Part shown: positions 1-12,788 of the stretch, piece after piece | Position numbering within the stretch: the first letter of the stretch is position 1 | Layout of the letters: each line of letters starts with the position of its first letter | Assembly: GCA_038087875.1 (NCBI GenBank) | Contig: JAXLNO010000524.1 | Location: 1 to 64,000, forward strand | Reading direction: 5' to 3' | DNA length: 64,000 nt | From: Malacoraja senta | Taxonomy: Eukaryota | Translations under genes and position numbers: made by a program | The notes under the pieces: model-generated | Databases searched by the model: none | What the model saw: the letters and a program-made list of their open reading frames with translations, nothing else | What the model was told of the DNA's origin: nothing

Positions 1-1561
1 TTGGCGATTTTTCAGCGGACTGCCGGCGACTGTCAAGCTCGCGGCACTCGCTGAAAAACCGGAGTGGAACGGCGAGTGTCAAGAGTGGAACACACACATA
101 AACACAAACACATCGCAAAGGCGGTGGCCAGGGAAAGCGGGGGAGCGTGTCTGAAATTCACACGGTGCAACGCCAGGGTGATACAGACACACACCGCGAT
201 GAATAAGAAGGTTAAGACGGTTAGCACAGTATATGGTAAGTCATTTAAAAGAGCCTGGAGGGGGGAGAGGAGAAGGGGGGGGAGAGAAGGGGGTGGGAGA
301 GAAGGGGTGGGAGAGAAGGGGGGGAGAGAAGGGGGGGGGAGAGAAGGGGGGGGGGAGAGAAGGGGGGGAGAGAAGGGGGGGAGAGAAGGGGGGGAGGGAG
401 AGAAAGGGGGGAGGGAGAGAAGGGGGGAGGGAGAGAAGGGGGGGAGGGAGAGAAGGGGGGGAGGGAGAGAAGGGGGGGAGGGAGAGAAGGGGGGAGGGAG
501 AGAAGGGGGGGAGGGAGAGAAGGGGGGGAGGGAGAGAAGGGGGGAGGGAGAGAAGGGGGGGAGGGAGAGAAGGGGGGGAGGGAGAGAAGGGGGGAGGGAG
601 AGAAGGGGGGAGGGAGAGAAGGGGGGAGGGAGAGAAGGGGGGGAGGGAGAGAAGGGGGGGAGGGAGAGAAGGGGGGAGGGAGAGAAGGGGGGAGAGAGAG
701 AAGGGGGGGAGGGAGAGAAGGGGGGGAGGGAGAGAAGGGGGGGAGGAGAGAAGGGGGGGAGGGAGAGAAGGGGGGAGGGAGAGAAGGGGGGGAGGGAGAG
801 AAGGGGGGGAGGGAGAGAAGGGGGGAGGGAGAGAAGGGGGAGGGAGAGAAGGGGGGGAGGGGAGAAGGGGGGAGGGAGAGAAGGGGGGGAGAGAGAGAAG
901 GGGGAGAGAGCGAAGGGGGGGAGAGAGAGAAGGGGGGGGAGAGAGAGAAGGGGGGAGAGAGGAGGGAGGAGAAGGGGGGAGGAGAGGGGGGAGGAGAAGG
1001 GGGGGAGGAGAAGGGGGGGGAGAGAGAGAAGGGGGGGGGAGAGAGGGGGGGGGGGAAGTGGGGGGGGCAGAAGTGGAGACACTTTAAGAAGCCAGACAAC
1101 TTTTAATAAGCCAGAGATACACAGCTGTGAAGTTTGGCGGGCATTTAACATTACCGGTCGGCTTTCCTTGGTTCTGAAAACTCGTGCTTACGTTTATTTT
1201 TCCCCAATGAGCCAATGAAAATGCCCGGTCAGCAAAGGAGATTAACCAAAACTACCTACGGCTACCACGACTACCTACAACTTCATGGTGACCCCACTAC
1301 CACTGCACCTACGACTACAGGATTATCGATTTTCTCCATGGCGACTAATTTTTGGTCGCAGAAAAATTTTCAACACGTTGAAAAATTTGCTGCGCCCATA
1401 CTGAGGCCGCGACCAGTTCCCAGAATGCAGGAACTCCTTGCAACCATGAAGGAGACTCACCAGAGACCACCAGCGAACATGTACCGACCATGTGGCGATC
1501 ATGAGGAGAGCGCAGAGTCTCCTGCACTCGCCTAAAAAGTCGCCTAAGTTGGACAGGCCCT
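1..1561. mobile_element. PIF/Harbinger-type non-autonomous element (MITE); left TIR cut by the window edge
   Basis: Ends AAAAAGTCGCCTAAGTTGGACAGGCCCT (rc AGGGCCTGTCCAACTTAGGCGACTTTT), the same TIR type as the MITE at 12789. The window start TTGGCGATTTTT matches the inner part of that TIR. Confidence 0.7.
257..1078. repeat. Polypurine (GA-rich) tandem repeat, ~18-19 bp unit GGGAGAGAAGGGGGG(G)A
   Basis: Directly visible; accounts for the spurious G/R/E-rich and P/S/L-rich ORFs at 33-1218. Confidence 0.95.
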
Positions 1562-2346
1562 TATCTCAGTATGTTATAATTATAACCAGTTAACTTTAAT
1601 TTTATCTGCTTGTAATTTTGTGGGTAGGATTTATACGTAGTCTGGGGCGTGGTTCGTGGCTAGGATTCTGGCGCAGACTTCCAAGTAATTAGTTTAGTTT
1701 GATGAAGATCGGGGGAGAGATGTAGTTTTCGACCATGCACGAGCATGACCACGAGTATGATTGAAATGTACTTATACAACAAGAAGCTTTTATGAATTAT
1801 CCTACTGTTTGTACTACTACAACAAAGAAACTATTAATCAAAGAGTGTTTTTGGAAGATTCATCTTTCGACGGCATTGAATGTTTCGTGGAGTGCTTGTG
1901 GGTGCATATAGATTACCTTCTGATCCACGGTCATCAATTAAAGTGACTGTCGAGGACTAAATCCTTGAGACGGTGTAAAACCTGTCACTACACACACTAT
2001 ACAAAGAGAACATTAGTGATAAAATGACAGCGTGTTTTCTGAGAAAAAAAATCTAAAGCTAAACAACAAAAAATACCGGTCCATTAGATTATTAGTTAAT
2101 CTTTTTTTCTTCTCATGGGATATCATTTGATATGTGATGTTAAAACTGTTACAAAAATGTTAAATGTTAAATACCTTTTAAATGTATTTAAATATTATTA
2201 TTGACTTCCCTAACAGTGGAAGGCATTTCTGCACTTCTTCTAACCTTAAAGTAATTCTCAATTTTTTTAATTTCCTGTTGCATTCAGTTTCAGAAATGAT
2301 GAGCCATCAGAAATGAATGAAGAGAGGATAACAGTGAATGTCATCG

Positions 2347-2705
2347 CAGAATAGTGAAAGGCTTGGATAGAGTGAATGTGGAGAGGATGTTTCCATTCAT
2401 GGGAGAATCTAGAACTAGAGGTCATAGCCTCAGAATTAAAGGACATTCTTTTAGGAAGTGGAGGAAAAATTTCTTTAGTCAGAGGGTGGTGAATCTGTGG
2501 GATTCTTTGCCACAGAAGGCTGTGCAGAACAAGTTAGTGGATATTTTTAACGCAGAGATAGATAGATTTTTGATTAGTACGGGTGTAAGAGGTTATGGGG
2601 AGAAGGCAGGAGAATTGGGTTAGGAGGGAGAAATAGATCAGCCATGATTGAAAGGCAGAGTTGACTTGATGGGCTGAATGACCTAATTCTACTATTCCTT
2701 ATGAC
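2347..2705 (+). mobile_element. CR1 LINE 3' fragment
   Basis: ORF2 C-terminus (KGLDRV..SRTRGHSLRIKG..FFSQRVVNLW) followed by CR1 3' UTR. Confidence 0.9.
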
Positions 2706-3223
2706 GCATTTTTATTTGATACACAGCAGGAATAATATTAATATTTAAAAACATGTCAGTTGGAAGTGAGATTTTTTTTTACATTTGGAGAATTTGAATT
2801 AATTGCCCCACCCCCAACTAACTTCAAACCTACACACTTTTGGGTGAAATGCTGAGGAGCAAAAAAACAATTAGTTCCCAGAAGGCAATATAACCGCAGA
2901 GATATGTTAAGAAGGATGGCAAGTTCTGAATAGACTTGCTTTATAGACTTCAGACTAGAGGGCCAAGTCTGGCAAAATCAATTTTTAAGGAAGAAGGGAG
3001 AAACCTAGAGTGGATGCATGGCATCTTTCATGCAGCACAACATTTTTGTACACACTGCAAAAGTATTTTATTAAAAATCTGATTGCTGGACACAAATGGA
3101 CACTAACCACATGTCTTGCCTGCAAAATTAAATTACCTCCGGATTCATCATGCATATTATGTGCTTGGACAGAGGTGTCAAGAAATGCCCAAACAAAACA
3201 CGACGGGTGGGTGGCACATGATT

Positions 3224-3527
3224 GGGCAGCATGGTGGCTCAGCGGTAGAGTTGCAGCCTTACAGCGCCAGAGACCCAGGTTCGATCCTGACTATGTGACG
3301 GAGTTTGCATATTCTCTCTGTGACCGCAGGGATTTTCTCCGGGTGCTCCGGTTTCCTCCCACACTCCAAAGACGTACAGATTTATGGGTTAATTGGCTTT
3401 GGTAAGTTGTACAATTGTCCCTAGTATGTAGAATAGTGTTAGTGTACATGGTGATTGCTGGTCGGCGCAAGTTCAATGGACCGAAGGGCCTGTTTCCACA
3501 CTGCATCTCTAAAGTCTAAAGTCTAAA
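3224..3527 (+). mobile_element. tRNA-derived SINE (HE1/V-SINE-like)
   Basis: Box A TGGCTCAGCGG, box B GGTTCGATCC, V-domain-like GGGTGCTCCGGTTTCCTCCCAC, CR1-like tail GAAGGGCCTGTTTCC, (GTCTAAA)n end. Confidence 0.9.
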
Positions 3528-3856
3528 GGGTGAAACATGTTCTAACAAAAGGGGCAAACCCAAAACATGGGTTCATCCAAGTTGTTACAGGTTTAAACTC
3601 ATTTTTTCCTGGGACAAAACTATTCCTTGACTTAGATGTTCTTGCGACAATGCTTGTGGAACAGGAGGCATCAGAGTGCTTTTTCATGGCCTCCAAATTA
3701 TAATACATCGGTAATTATGATGTGCTCCCCCTCCCCATATTCCCTGATCAGACTTGCATAGGACTACAGGAAAATCCCTTCTTCTGGATTGCTGTTTGGG
3801 CTTACTTAGCCCTGCATCTTACTCCAGGGTGCCTGAAAACTGACTGAACACAAAAA

Positions 3857-4170
3857 CTCATTCCCAGGAATGAGTAGAATAACCTATGATGTGCGTTTGT
3901 CAGCACTGGGCCTGTACTCGCTGAAGTTTAGAAGACTGAGGGGAGACCTCATTGGAAGGCTTGGATAGAGTGGATGTGGAGTGGATGTTTCCACTAGTGG
4001 GAGAGTTTAGGACTGGAGATCATAGCACCAGAATTAAAGAACATTCTTTTAGGGAGCAGATGAGGAGAAATTTATTCAGTCAGAGGGTGGTGAATCTGTG
4101 GAATTCTTTGCCACAGAAGGCTGTGGAGGCCAAGTCAGTGGATATTTTTTATAGCAGAGATAGACAGATT
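3857..4170 (+). mobile_element. CR1 fragment, 5' part, interrupted by a DIRS element; continues at 8981-9130
   Basis: CR1 ORF2 end reads GATAGACAGATT then resumes CTTGATCAGTACAGGTGTCAGAGG at 8981; collinear with the intact CR1 copy at 2556-2600. Confidence 0.9.
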
Positions 4171-7100
4171 TTACTTTGGAGTCACGTTAGTGACTACGTG
4201 AAGAAGACCCGTCAGGGCGCATGCGCGTCATTACGTCGGTCGCATTGGCGCACGGACAGCGGGAGGACAGAGCTCCTCCCGTGGTAAGTACTTTTAGAGT
4301 ATTTTTAAAGAGTTTTAAAGCTCCAGCTAAGTGAGAAATTTAGCTGGAGTAAAACAGTTTCCTTTACTGTGGTGCTGTGCTCTGTGTTTTGTCACAGGCA
4401 GCACCATGGTGAAGACGAGCAGGGGAGGACAGAGCTCCTCCTGTAGCAAGTACTTTTAAAGTACTTTTATAGTTTTAAAGCTCCAGCTAAGTGAGAAACT
4501 TAGCTGGAGGGAAAGTTCTTTTTTGTGGTGCTCTGTTTTTTATTACAGGCAGCACCATGATGAAGATGACCAGGGGGAGGGCAGCTGCAGGTAAAGCATA
4601 GGAGAGCCGCGGGAATGCGGTCTGTCAGCAGCTGCCTCGTACCCCTGCACAGTCGCCGACCGGGAGCTGGGCGACTTCAGACTCAGTGCTAAAAAGCACC
4701 AAAGCCAACGCCTGTCGGGTGTAAGGCACGGGGAAGTCTGGGAGGCCCTCGGACTCAACTGAGTCGGGCCACAACGAGCCTGTACGGGGCTGGAGACGTT
4801 TTAAAACGGTCCTCCCAAATGGAGCACCTCATCCAGAGGTTGCTCCAGAAACACACACTCCGGGGGGTGGAGTTGTGTGGGCGGTAGGCTGCAGAAAGGC
4901 CACGCCGGCAGCACCTGGTAGAGGGCTGCTTAAAGCACCCTCATGCATGAGGTGAGTGCAGAGGGTCAGCTAAGTTCTGACCCCGACTCTGACGGAGACT
5001 TGGAACTTAGCGAAGAACGGCCGTTGTCAGAGGTCCATTCTCTGGCAGCACGATCCGCTGTCCCGCCAGAGTATGGAATGCCACTGGGAGAAGAGCTGGC
5101 CTCCATGATATAGAGGCTGCTGGATAGCACCCTCATTTAAAAGGCACTTGCAGAGGGTCAGCTCAGTTCTGACCCGACTCTGACGGAGACTTTGTTGACT
5201 GGCGAAGAACGGCCGTTGTCAGAGGTCCATTCTCTGGCAGCACGATTCGCTGTCCCGTCAGAGTATGGAATGCCACTGGGAAAGCAAAGACGGCCATTGT
5301 CAGAGTTCCCATCTCTGGCAATACGATTCGCTGTCCAGTCAGAGTCAGGAATCACCAAGAGACCGGGGTAACTGCGAGTTGCTGAAGGTGCCAGCAGTGA
5401 ACCGGGTGATATGGAGCCAGATGGGCGTGGGCATGCAGTGCCGAGGAGATGAAGCTGCAGAGAATCCTAAAATTACTTGGCTCAGGAATCACGGCGTTCG
5501 CGAGAATGGTGGATGGAGGGCATGTGTCGGAGACGCATCAAGAGGTACTAGGGTTGCTTTGTAGCACCCATTTTTTAGATAAATTGTCTCAGCGAAAGTG
5601 CCATTCGGCCCACCATTAATTCCAAGATTGCAGTATTTTTCCAGCCCAGCAACATACAGCCAGCAAACCTACTCTTCGGAGAGGACCTCGCCAAGAGTGT
5701 CAAGGACATGGATGACGAGGCAAAGACAGTGGGCTTGATCAAGCCACCGACAGTCGGCAAGTTTCCAAAAAAGAAAGTACCCCTACAAATGAAGCGGGAA
5801 CATGGTCAAACATCCACCAGGTACCAAGGAGGTAGGTGGGCCTGGTTCTTAGGTGCACATATCAAATACGACACAACTTAAATCTGGGGTACATTACATC
5901 TGTTTCTGGGATGAATGGAAGCAAATTACCTTAGCTCTGTTTATACAGAGTGTTATTCAAAGGTTTCGAATGGATTTCAATCCAAATTGTGATTTGCACA
6001 TTCAGCATGTTCTTGGGAGAACTATTCAGTTTTCATTAACAGAACAGATGGATGTTCAGACTGCGCTTGCAAGCTTATGTGATAAAGGTGTAATGGTAAA
6101 GTTGGTTCACCAACCCCATCAATTTGTGTCTAATATTTTCCCAGGCCGAAAAAAGGATGGGGGATATAGTATAGACATTGTAAGATGGAATTGTCACTGC
6201 CAAGCAACTGGGTCAAGAGGATGCTATATGGCGACTATAGACCTTAAAGATGCGCATTACTCAATGTCTGTTTATTTGCAGGATAAGGATATTTGAAATT
6301 CACCTGGATGGATCAACTATGGCAACAAAATTGTTAAAAACCTATAATAGGCATGCTGAGAGGACAGGGTCAGGTGCTCATGGCTAATCTTGATGATAAC
6401 TTGATTACAGGGGTATCCAAGAGAACAGCTGAAGTAACAGGTGATAGTTGTTAAATCCAATTTTCAAAGATCGGGCATTATTCATCCAGAGGAATCCAAA
6501 TTAACACCTGACTATTTGGGTCACAATTGATTCAATTAAGTGACTCTGCCCAGGGAAAAAAGGGTAGAGCTAATTGACAGCTGTATCAAGCCAATTGAGG
6601 CATTAAGGATACATTCGGGTCATTATAATAGACCTATGCAGTTATCAGTAAAGGCTATTTCTGATTTGCAATGGTTCATTCACCATGTGTCCAGAAGTTA
6701 TAGCAAGGTAATGCTTCACCAGCCTTCCATGATTTTGCAGATGAATGTCAGTGCACTCAGGTGGGGTGTCACGGATACGAGTTTCAGCTGTGGAGGCAGA
6801 TTGACTGAGCAAGATTCATTGCTTCTGCAGACATGGGCAATTAACTATTAAGAGGCTTATTGCTCTAACAAATGTAATCTGCATGTTCAGTTTCAGATTG
6901 ACAATACCACGCAAGTGGCATATATATTAATCACATCGGTGGAATCAAGTCGGTATTTTGTGGCAGATTGGCTAATCAAATTTGGGCCAGGTGCATTGAA
7001 AAATATATTTCAGCTATTTATCTACCAGGTAGATTCTACATAGTAGCAGACGCCAAGTCACGAAAGTTCCATGACAACATAGATTGCATGTTGAACCAGG

Positions 7101-8980
7101 AGGTGTTCAATAAAATAGTACTTATATATGAATGCAAGATATCGATTTGTTTTGCATCAAGGTTCAACCATCAGCAGCCTAAATAGGTTTCATGGGAACC
7201 AGACCAGGCGGCACTTGCAATTGATACTTTGACGTTACATTGGGGTGGTATGTTTTATATATTTACCTACCATTTTGCCTAATAGGTCGGAGTCTGCAAG
7301 AAATCAAGCAGGATGCCGCTTTGGGGGTGCTTGTAATACCTAATTGGCCGAATCAAGCATGGTTGCCTTTGATGTTACAGTTAGGGATCCAATCTCTTTT
7401 TGGTGGTTCCCAAGCGTAGGAATTGACTGGAGCATCCGCTAACAAGGGAAGGTCATCTGTTATGTGATTGTATTGACTTGTTAAGTTGCAGGTTTTAAGA
7501 AGGCCAAACCTGGAGCAAGGACTGTCTGGGTTTACGGTGGACATGCTCACTGTAGCCTGGAGAAAGAGTACTCAAAAGGGGTATATTACTGATGTAAAAA
7601 ATGGGAGCAATTTTATGTACAAAATAATATTGACTATAGTACTGCAGGTATTGTGGATATTTTAGAGTTCCTGTTGACACTCTACGATGATGAGGGGCTC
7701 AGTTATAGCACCATTAATACAGTTTTAAGTGCTTTGTCCTCGTATGGTTTTGATGGGGTCAGGAAAGATCCTATTGGGTTTCATCATATCATAGCTGGAT
7801 TGATGAAAGGAATTTCAACTCTAAACCTCCAAAACCCAGGTATATGACGATCTGGGTTGTAAATGTGGTCCTCAAGATGCTTCGACAGTAGGTTCCTGTC
7901 ATGCCTCTGAATTTGCCAAACTAATCATGAAAGTGGTTATGCTCTTGGCATTGGTTCAGCATAGCAAGTGCAGAGATTGCAAAAACTTCTGCTAGACAGG
8001 ATGGAAGTTGCTGAAGTGAATGCTATGTTATATATTTGCGTCCTGCTCAAACAGAGCAGGCCAGGTGTCACAGGTTTGTTAAAATTGTGTTTCAGCATAA
8101 TCTACTGATCCATGTTTATGTGTAATGGCACATTTATTTTCATTATATTGAAGCTATAAAGACCTTAAGAAATGTGGAAACAGCATTGTTTATTAGTTAC
8201 ATGTAGCCACATAGGAGAATGTCAGTGCAGACTATCTCAAGGTGGTTTAAAGCAAATGTTGATTCAAGCAGGTATTAACACTGAAGTGTATATATCCTTT
8301 TCCACTAGTGCAGCAGCAACGTCGTCGGCTAGGGCGATGGATGTTCACATCGGCCATATTCTTACAGGTGCCGGGTGGTCAAATGAATTGTTTTTAAATA
8401 TTTACTATCGGCTGATTGCCGATCGGCGAGATGCTGTTTGCAAATTCAGTATTAAGTCCTGTTTAGTTTCCCCTGGGATAGAGGGGTTACTGGTTGTTTT
8501 GATTATTCAAATCAATTGTTACCGCATGATATTCACATTTCATGTTTAACGCATTATTGATTGTTTCTCATCGAAAGTCAATCAATGCAGTGAGAAGCCG
8601 GGATTTGGTTCTGCGGCATAAAATCACAGAGCTTTGAACCCTTCACGTAGTCACTAACGTGACTCCGAAGTTAAATAGTAAGATTAAACGAGAACTTACC
8701 AAGTTTGAAGTTTGATCTTTATATTATGAGGAGTTACGTTGGTGATTACGTGCCCACCACACCCAACCCTCTCTCATAAAAAAGGTCATATGGTAGTTCT
8801 CATGTTGCTCATCTTAATATGTTACTTCAAATATTGTGTTATCTGTGATTTCATACCGCTGCTTTGAAGATTGACGCGCATGCACTCTGACGGTTCTTCT
8901 TCATGTAATCACCAACGTAACTCCTCATAAAATAAAGATCAAACTTCAAACTTGGTAAGTTCTCGTTTAATCTTACTATT
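4169..8980 (+). mobile_element. DIRS1-type tyrosine-recombinase retrotransposon (DIRS-A); both termini present, ORFs decayed
   Basis: Left terminus TTTTACTTTGGAGTCACG; ICR at 8641-8752; right ITR 8872-8980. Fragments of gag (LLFGEDLAKSVK), RT (FVSNIF..KKDGG, IDLKDAHY), RNase H, MT-like and YR (STSAAATSSA..GW) with many frameshifts. Confidence 0.95.
8641..8752 (+). other. DIRS internal complementary region (ICR) of DIRS-A
   Basis: First part is the reverse complement of the left terminus (4169-4203); second part is the reverse complement of the right terminus (~8902-8980). Confidence 0.95.
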
Positions 8981-9130
8981 CTTGATCAGTACAGGTGTCA
9001 GAGGTTATGGAGAGAAGGCAGAAGAATTGGGTTAGGAGAGATAGATCAGCTATGATTGAATGGCGGAGTAGACTTGATGGGCCGAATGGCCTAATTCTAC
9101 TCCTATCACTTATGACCTTGTGACCTTATG
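8981..9130 (+). mobile_element. CR1 3' end (continuation of 3857-4170)
   Basis: GGTTATGGAGAGAAGGC..GGGCCGAATGGCCTAATTC, with (TGACCTT) repeats at the end. Confidence 0.9.
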
Positions 9131-10610
9131 AACAGCGTCAATCAAGCTGACTTCCAGAAAGAAAAGAATGATGTTAATGCAAGGGTCCATTTCATTCACA
9201 GTCCTGTCAGAGCCTACATTTCCCACAAATATGTGCCACCAGCTCCTACATCTCACACACACTTCCAATCAATTCCGCTAAATATCCACATCAGCGGTTC
9301 CAGAAAAATAACATGCCAGTTGACAATGATTAATCTGGTAACATCATGTCCTTATTTCACTCTCTAACCCAAGAGGACTCGGATCAGCTAAAGTTCTTAT
9401 TGCCATTCATGCTGAAGTCAGTTTAGATTATGCCTCTATCAATAACTTTCTTGGGAAGAAGCACATTGGAATCTCCAATGTGAGTTGCAAGTTATGCTTC
9501 TTTCCTCAACAGGCAACAATAAGATGGAGAAACTGCAAGCTTGCTGGGAATTTTTAAATGATTAAGATATTAAAATTCATCATCTGTAATTTTACATTCT
9601 CCTGTAGAAATAACTCTTGTGAATTGTCATCATTGCTCTTAAGTAAATACTTTCCAGCACTTGAGTAAAAAATCAATCTTGGGCAACCATGTGTCAATGA
9701 GACTCAAAATATATACTCTCATGACCATGAGACAATTCAATTGTGAGAAAGATTGATGTAAAAATAAAACAATTAAGTTATTGTGCCAGATGATTATCTC
9801 AACAACACAGACAGTTATTCTCTGTAGGCACAGTTGTACCACATTTAGGCTGCTGCACAAAACTGAGTAGAACATGGATCATATTATAAATTACCAGCAG
9901 AAAGCAATCTCAATAGGAATTGTTATGGTAACTCTATGCACCCATCTCTGTAGCATCAGTAACCCTTGCAGAGTTCTGACAGAACAGCTATTGATCACTA
10001 ATTGTCAGTTTTATGAAAAGGGTTATGATTCAGTACATCAGTTTATAATGTTTGACATTCTGACTTTAGCGGATGTCCAAATATTATTAGCATTTAAACT
10101 GGGCAAGTTTCAATGGGGTAACAATGCATATTTCTACTCATATTGATTAACGTTAGGTTGATCAAAATGAATGCTTTTAATATTCATGAGAGTACATATT
10201 TTGAGATATGGAAATATGGGAAAAGCAGAGTTATGGATTGTTCTTCGGGGACATATTTTTTGCAAATTTAATTTCATGACCTAGCTGTTATTTGAAAGGT
10301 TGAACAATACTCAAGTGGATAATTTATTTTCTGCTGAGATACTTTAGGTATTCTTCATGAATAAATATTTTCTGCAATTTAGTCTATTTTAGAAGCCAGG
10401 GCTGTAAAAAACAGCTCTGCACTTTTTTGTTGTTGGCTAGGGCTCTGATTTAATTAAGTGATCGGTTCACACAAGCACATTTATGCACAACTCATGTTCA
10501 AAGTAAATTATTCCTCACAACACAGGCTGTTTAAATGCAAATTTACTACCAAGAATAGTATCAAAAATACAGCAAGTATTTTGCTTCTACACTAAACGCA
10601 AATTCTCAAG

Positions 10611-11290
10611 GTGGAAAGAGTGCAGAGAAGATTTACGGGGATGTTGCCAGGACTCATGGACCTGAACTATAGGGAGAGGTTGAGCAGGCTAGGACTCGAC
10701 TCCGAGGAACATGTTACAGCTGTACAAGGCACTGGTAAGGCCATATTTGGAGTATTGTGTACTCCAAGTGTACTCCATAGCAAGGTCACTCTGCTATAGG
10801 GAGGATTTATTAAACTGGAAATGCTGTAAAACGGTTTATGAAGATGTTACTGGATCTATGAGGTTCGAGTCATTTGGAGAGACTGGATAGGCAAGATCCT
10901 TTTTCCCCCATAAGCGCAGGAGGTGGAAGGATGACATTGTAGTTTTTATAGAATCATGAGGGGCATAGAAAAGGGGAATATCCATAGTCTTTTCCCTAGT
11001 AGGAATTTAGCAGGCATGTGTTTATGGTTAGAAGGGAAATATATAAAAAGGACCTGAGGCAGCTTCTTCCACACACAGAGTGGTATGTATGTGGAACAAG
11101 CTGCCGGAGGATGTGGTAGATTTGGCTACAAATGTGACATTTAAAAGACATTTGGACATGGATGGGAAGCAGATGGAGGGACATGTGCCAGGTGCAGGCA
11201 TGTGGGACCAGATCTCTATAGTCACCATGGACAAATTGGGCTGATGGGCCTGTATCTATGCTCTGTAACTCTGTCCCTCAATAACTCTAA
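10611..11290 (+). mobile_element. Old CR1 fragments
   Basis: ERVQRRFTGMLPG..YRERLSRLGL followed by a degraded CR1 ORF2 end and 3' UTR. Confidence 0.8.
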
Positions 11291-11379
11291 ACATATTATG
11301 ATATTCAACCTGGTTTTAACTTGTGATGTCTCAAGAGGTAAACAAGTCTATACAGGAAATTTGATTAAAAGCTGAAGGC

Positions 11380-11702
11380 AGATTGTTGGAAAGTGTTCCC
11401 CATTACAAAGGTGTCTAAAAAACTCAAGGGCATAGGTTTAGGTATTGGGTAAAAAGGTTTAAAGGAGATATGAGGAGGATTTTTATTTTATCTGGTGGGT
11501 GGTTGGAATCTGGAACAAATGCATAAGTGGAGATATTTGCACAACCTTTAAAAATAATTGTGATGAGTGTTGAATTGCCAAGGCATAGAAGACTATAGAA
11601 GAATTGCTGGTAAATGGGATGAGAATGATGGGCGCTTAATAGTCAGTATGGACTTGTTGGACTCTATGGCCTGTTTCCCCACCATATAATTCAATGACTC
11701 TA
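11380..11702 (+). mobile_element. Old CR1 3' fragment
   Basis: AAGGGCATAGGTTTA..GGAATCTGGAAC..GGCCTGTTTCC..ATGACTCTA. Confidence 0.7.
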
Positions 11703-11890
11703 ATGTGGTGAATGGGTACATTAAACAACACTATTTCTAGCATGAAGTGCTAACATCCACAGGAAACACACAGAACAGCAGGTTAATTGATCCATGAGTT
11801 CAATTGGCATGTATTTAGCAGTAGCAAAACACCCCAACAGTTATTTCAAGGGACCGGTAGGTTAGTTTCTGATGGATTTCCACCAGTTAT

Positions 11891-12259
11891 TTTTTTTTAA
11901 AATAATTTTTTTAATAGAAGTACGGTAGATTACAGTAATGTACAACACGTATATATTAATACATTTTTTGTACCGCTTCACTTTTTTAAACTTTAAGAAA
12001 GAAAAAGAAAGAAGTAAGAAAAGTGAAGAAAGTGCGCAAAGGTTGTGAAGTGCAAAAGAGTGTTGGGAAAAGAAAGCCCCTTAGAAAAGAAGTTAGAGAA
12101 GGAAGTAAAGTTAGAAAATAGACCCTAGAAAAGAAAGAGAAAGAAAGAAGGAACAATCGCTCTATTATAACTCTTATAACATACTTCATAGAGAAGGAAC
12201 TACCAACCAAGTCTGTTTTTATTTTACCTCCCATTACCAGGTCCAGATACCTTTTATTT
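11891..12259 (-). mobile_element. 5'-truncated L1 (3' UTR only) with 15-bp TSD
   Basis: T-rich tail at 11891; TSD ATTTCCACCAGTTAT at 11876-11890 and 12260-12274; same family as the L1 at 48925-49557. Confidence 0.9.
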
Positions 12260-12330
12260 ATTTCCACCAGTTATGATTCTACAAATGTCTTCCATTGTTC
12301 TATAAAGTTTCTGAAGTGATCCAGCTGCCA

Positions 12331-12628
12331 GGGGTGGCATAGTGTGCTACCTTTCAGTGCCAGGGACCCGGGTCCAATCATGACTGTGGGTGCTGTCTGT
12401 AGGAGTTTGTACTTTCTCCCTGTGAACTGCATGAGTTTTCTCTCGGAGCTCCAGTTTCTTCCCATACTCAAAAGACATACAGGTTTGTAGGCTAATCGGC
12501 TTGATAAAATTGTAAATTGTCCCTAGTGTGTGTAGGATAGTGTTAGTGTGCAGGGATATTGGTTGTCGTGGACTCAGTAGACTGAAGGGCCTGTTTCTGC
12601 ACTGTATCTCTAAACTAAACTAAACTAA
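12331..12628 (+). mobile_element. tRNA-derived SINE (HE1/V-SINE-like)
   Basis: Similar to 3224-3527; (CTAAA)n tail. Confidence 0.85.
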
Positions 12629-12788
12629 GCAAGTGCTGAGGAATCTTGGCTCGGCTTCTAAACCTAGACAGAGGACATGCACTCAGGCATGAGAGGGAAT
12701 CCCCTTGGAGAGGATGAGTAGAGATCCTGTCGAGTAGGGTAAGCTGATAGAAGCACAAAGCTATCAAACAATGCTGGAGAGCTACTAA

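Noticed and set aside
33..1218. Four long ORFs of 284-384 aa
   Set aside because: Translations of a GA-rich tandem repeat that lacks stop codons.
1850..1980. Possible Gypsy RT remnant (FDGIE..VHIDYLLIHG)
   Set aside because: Too short and degenerate to support as a feature.
3224..3290. tRNA-like A and B boxes
   Set aside because: These are SINE heads continuing into SINE body and tail, not tRNA genes.
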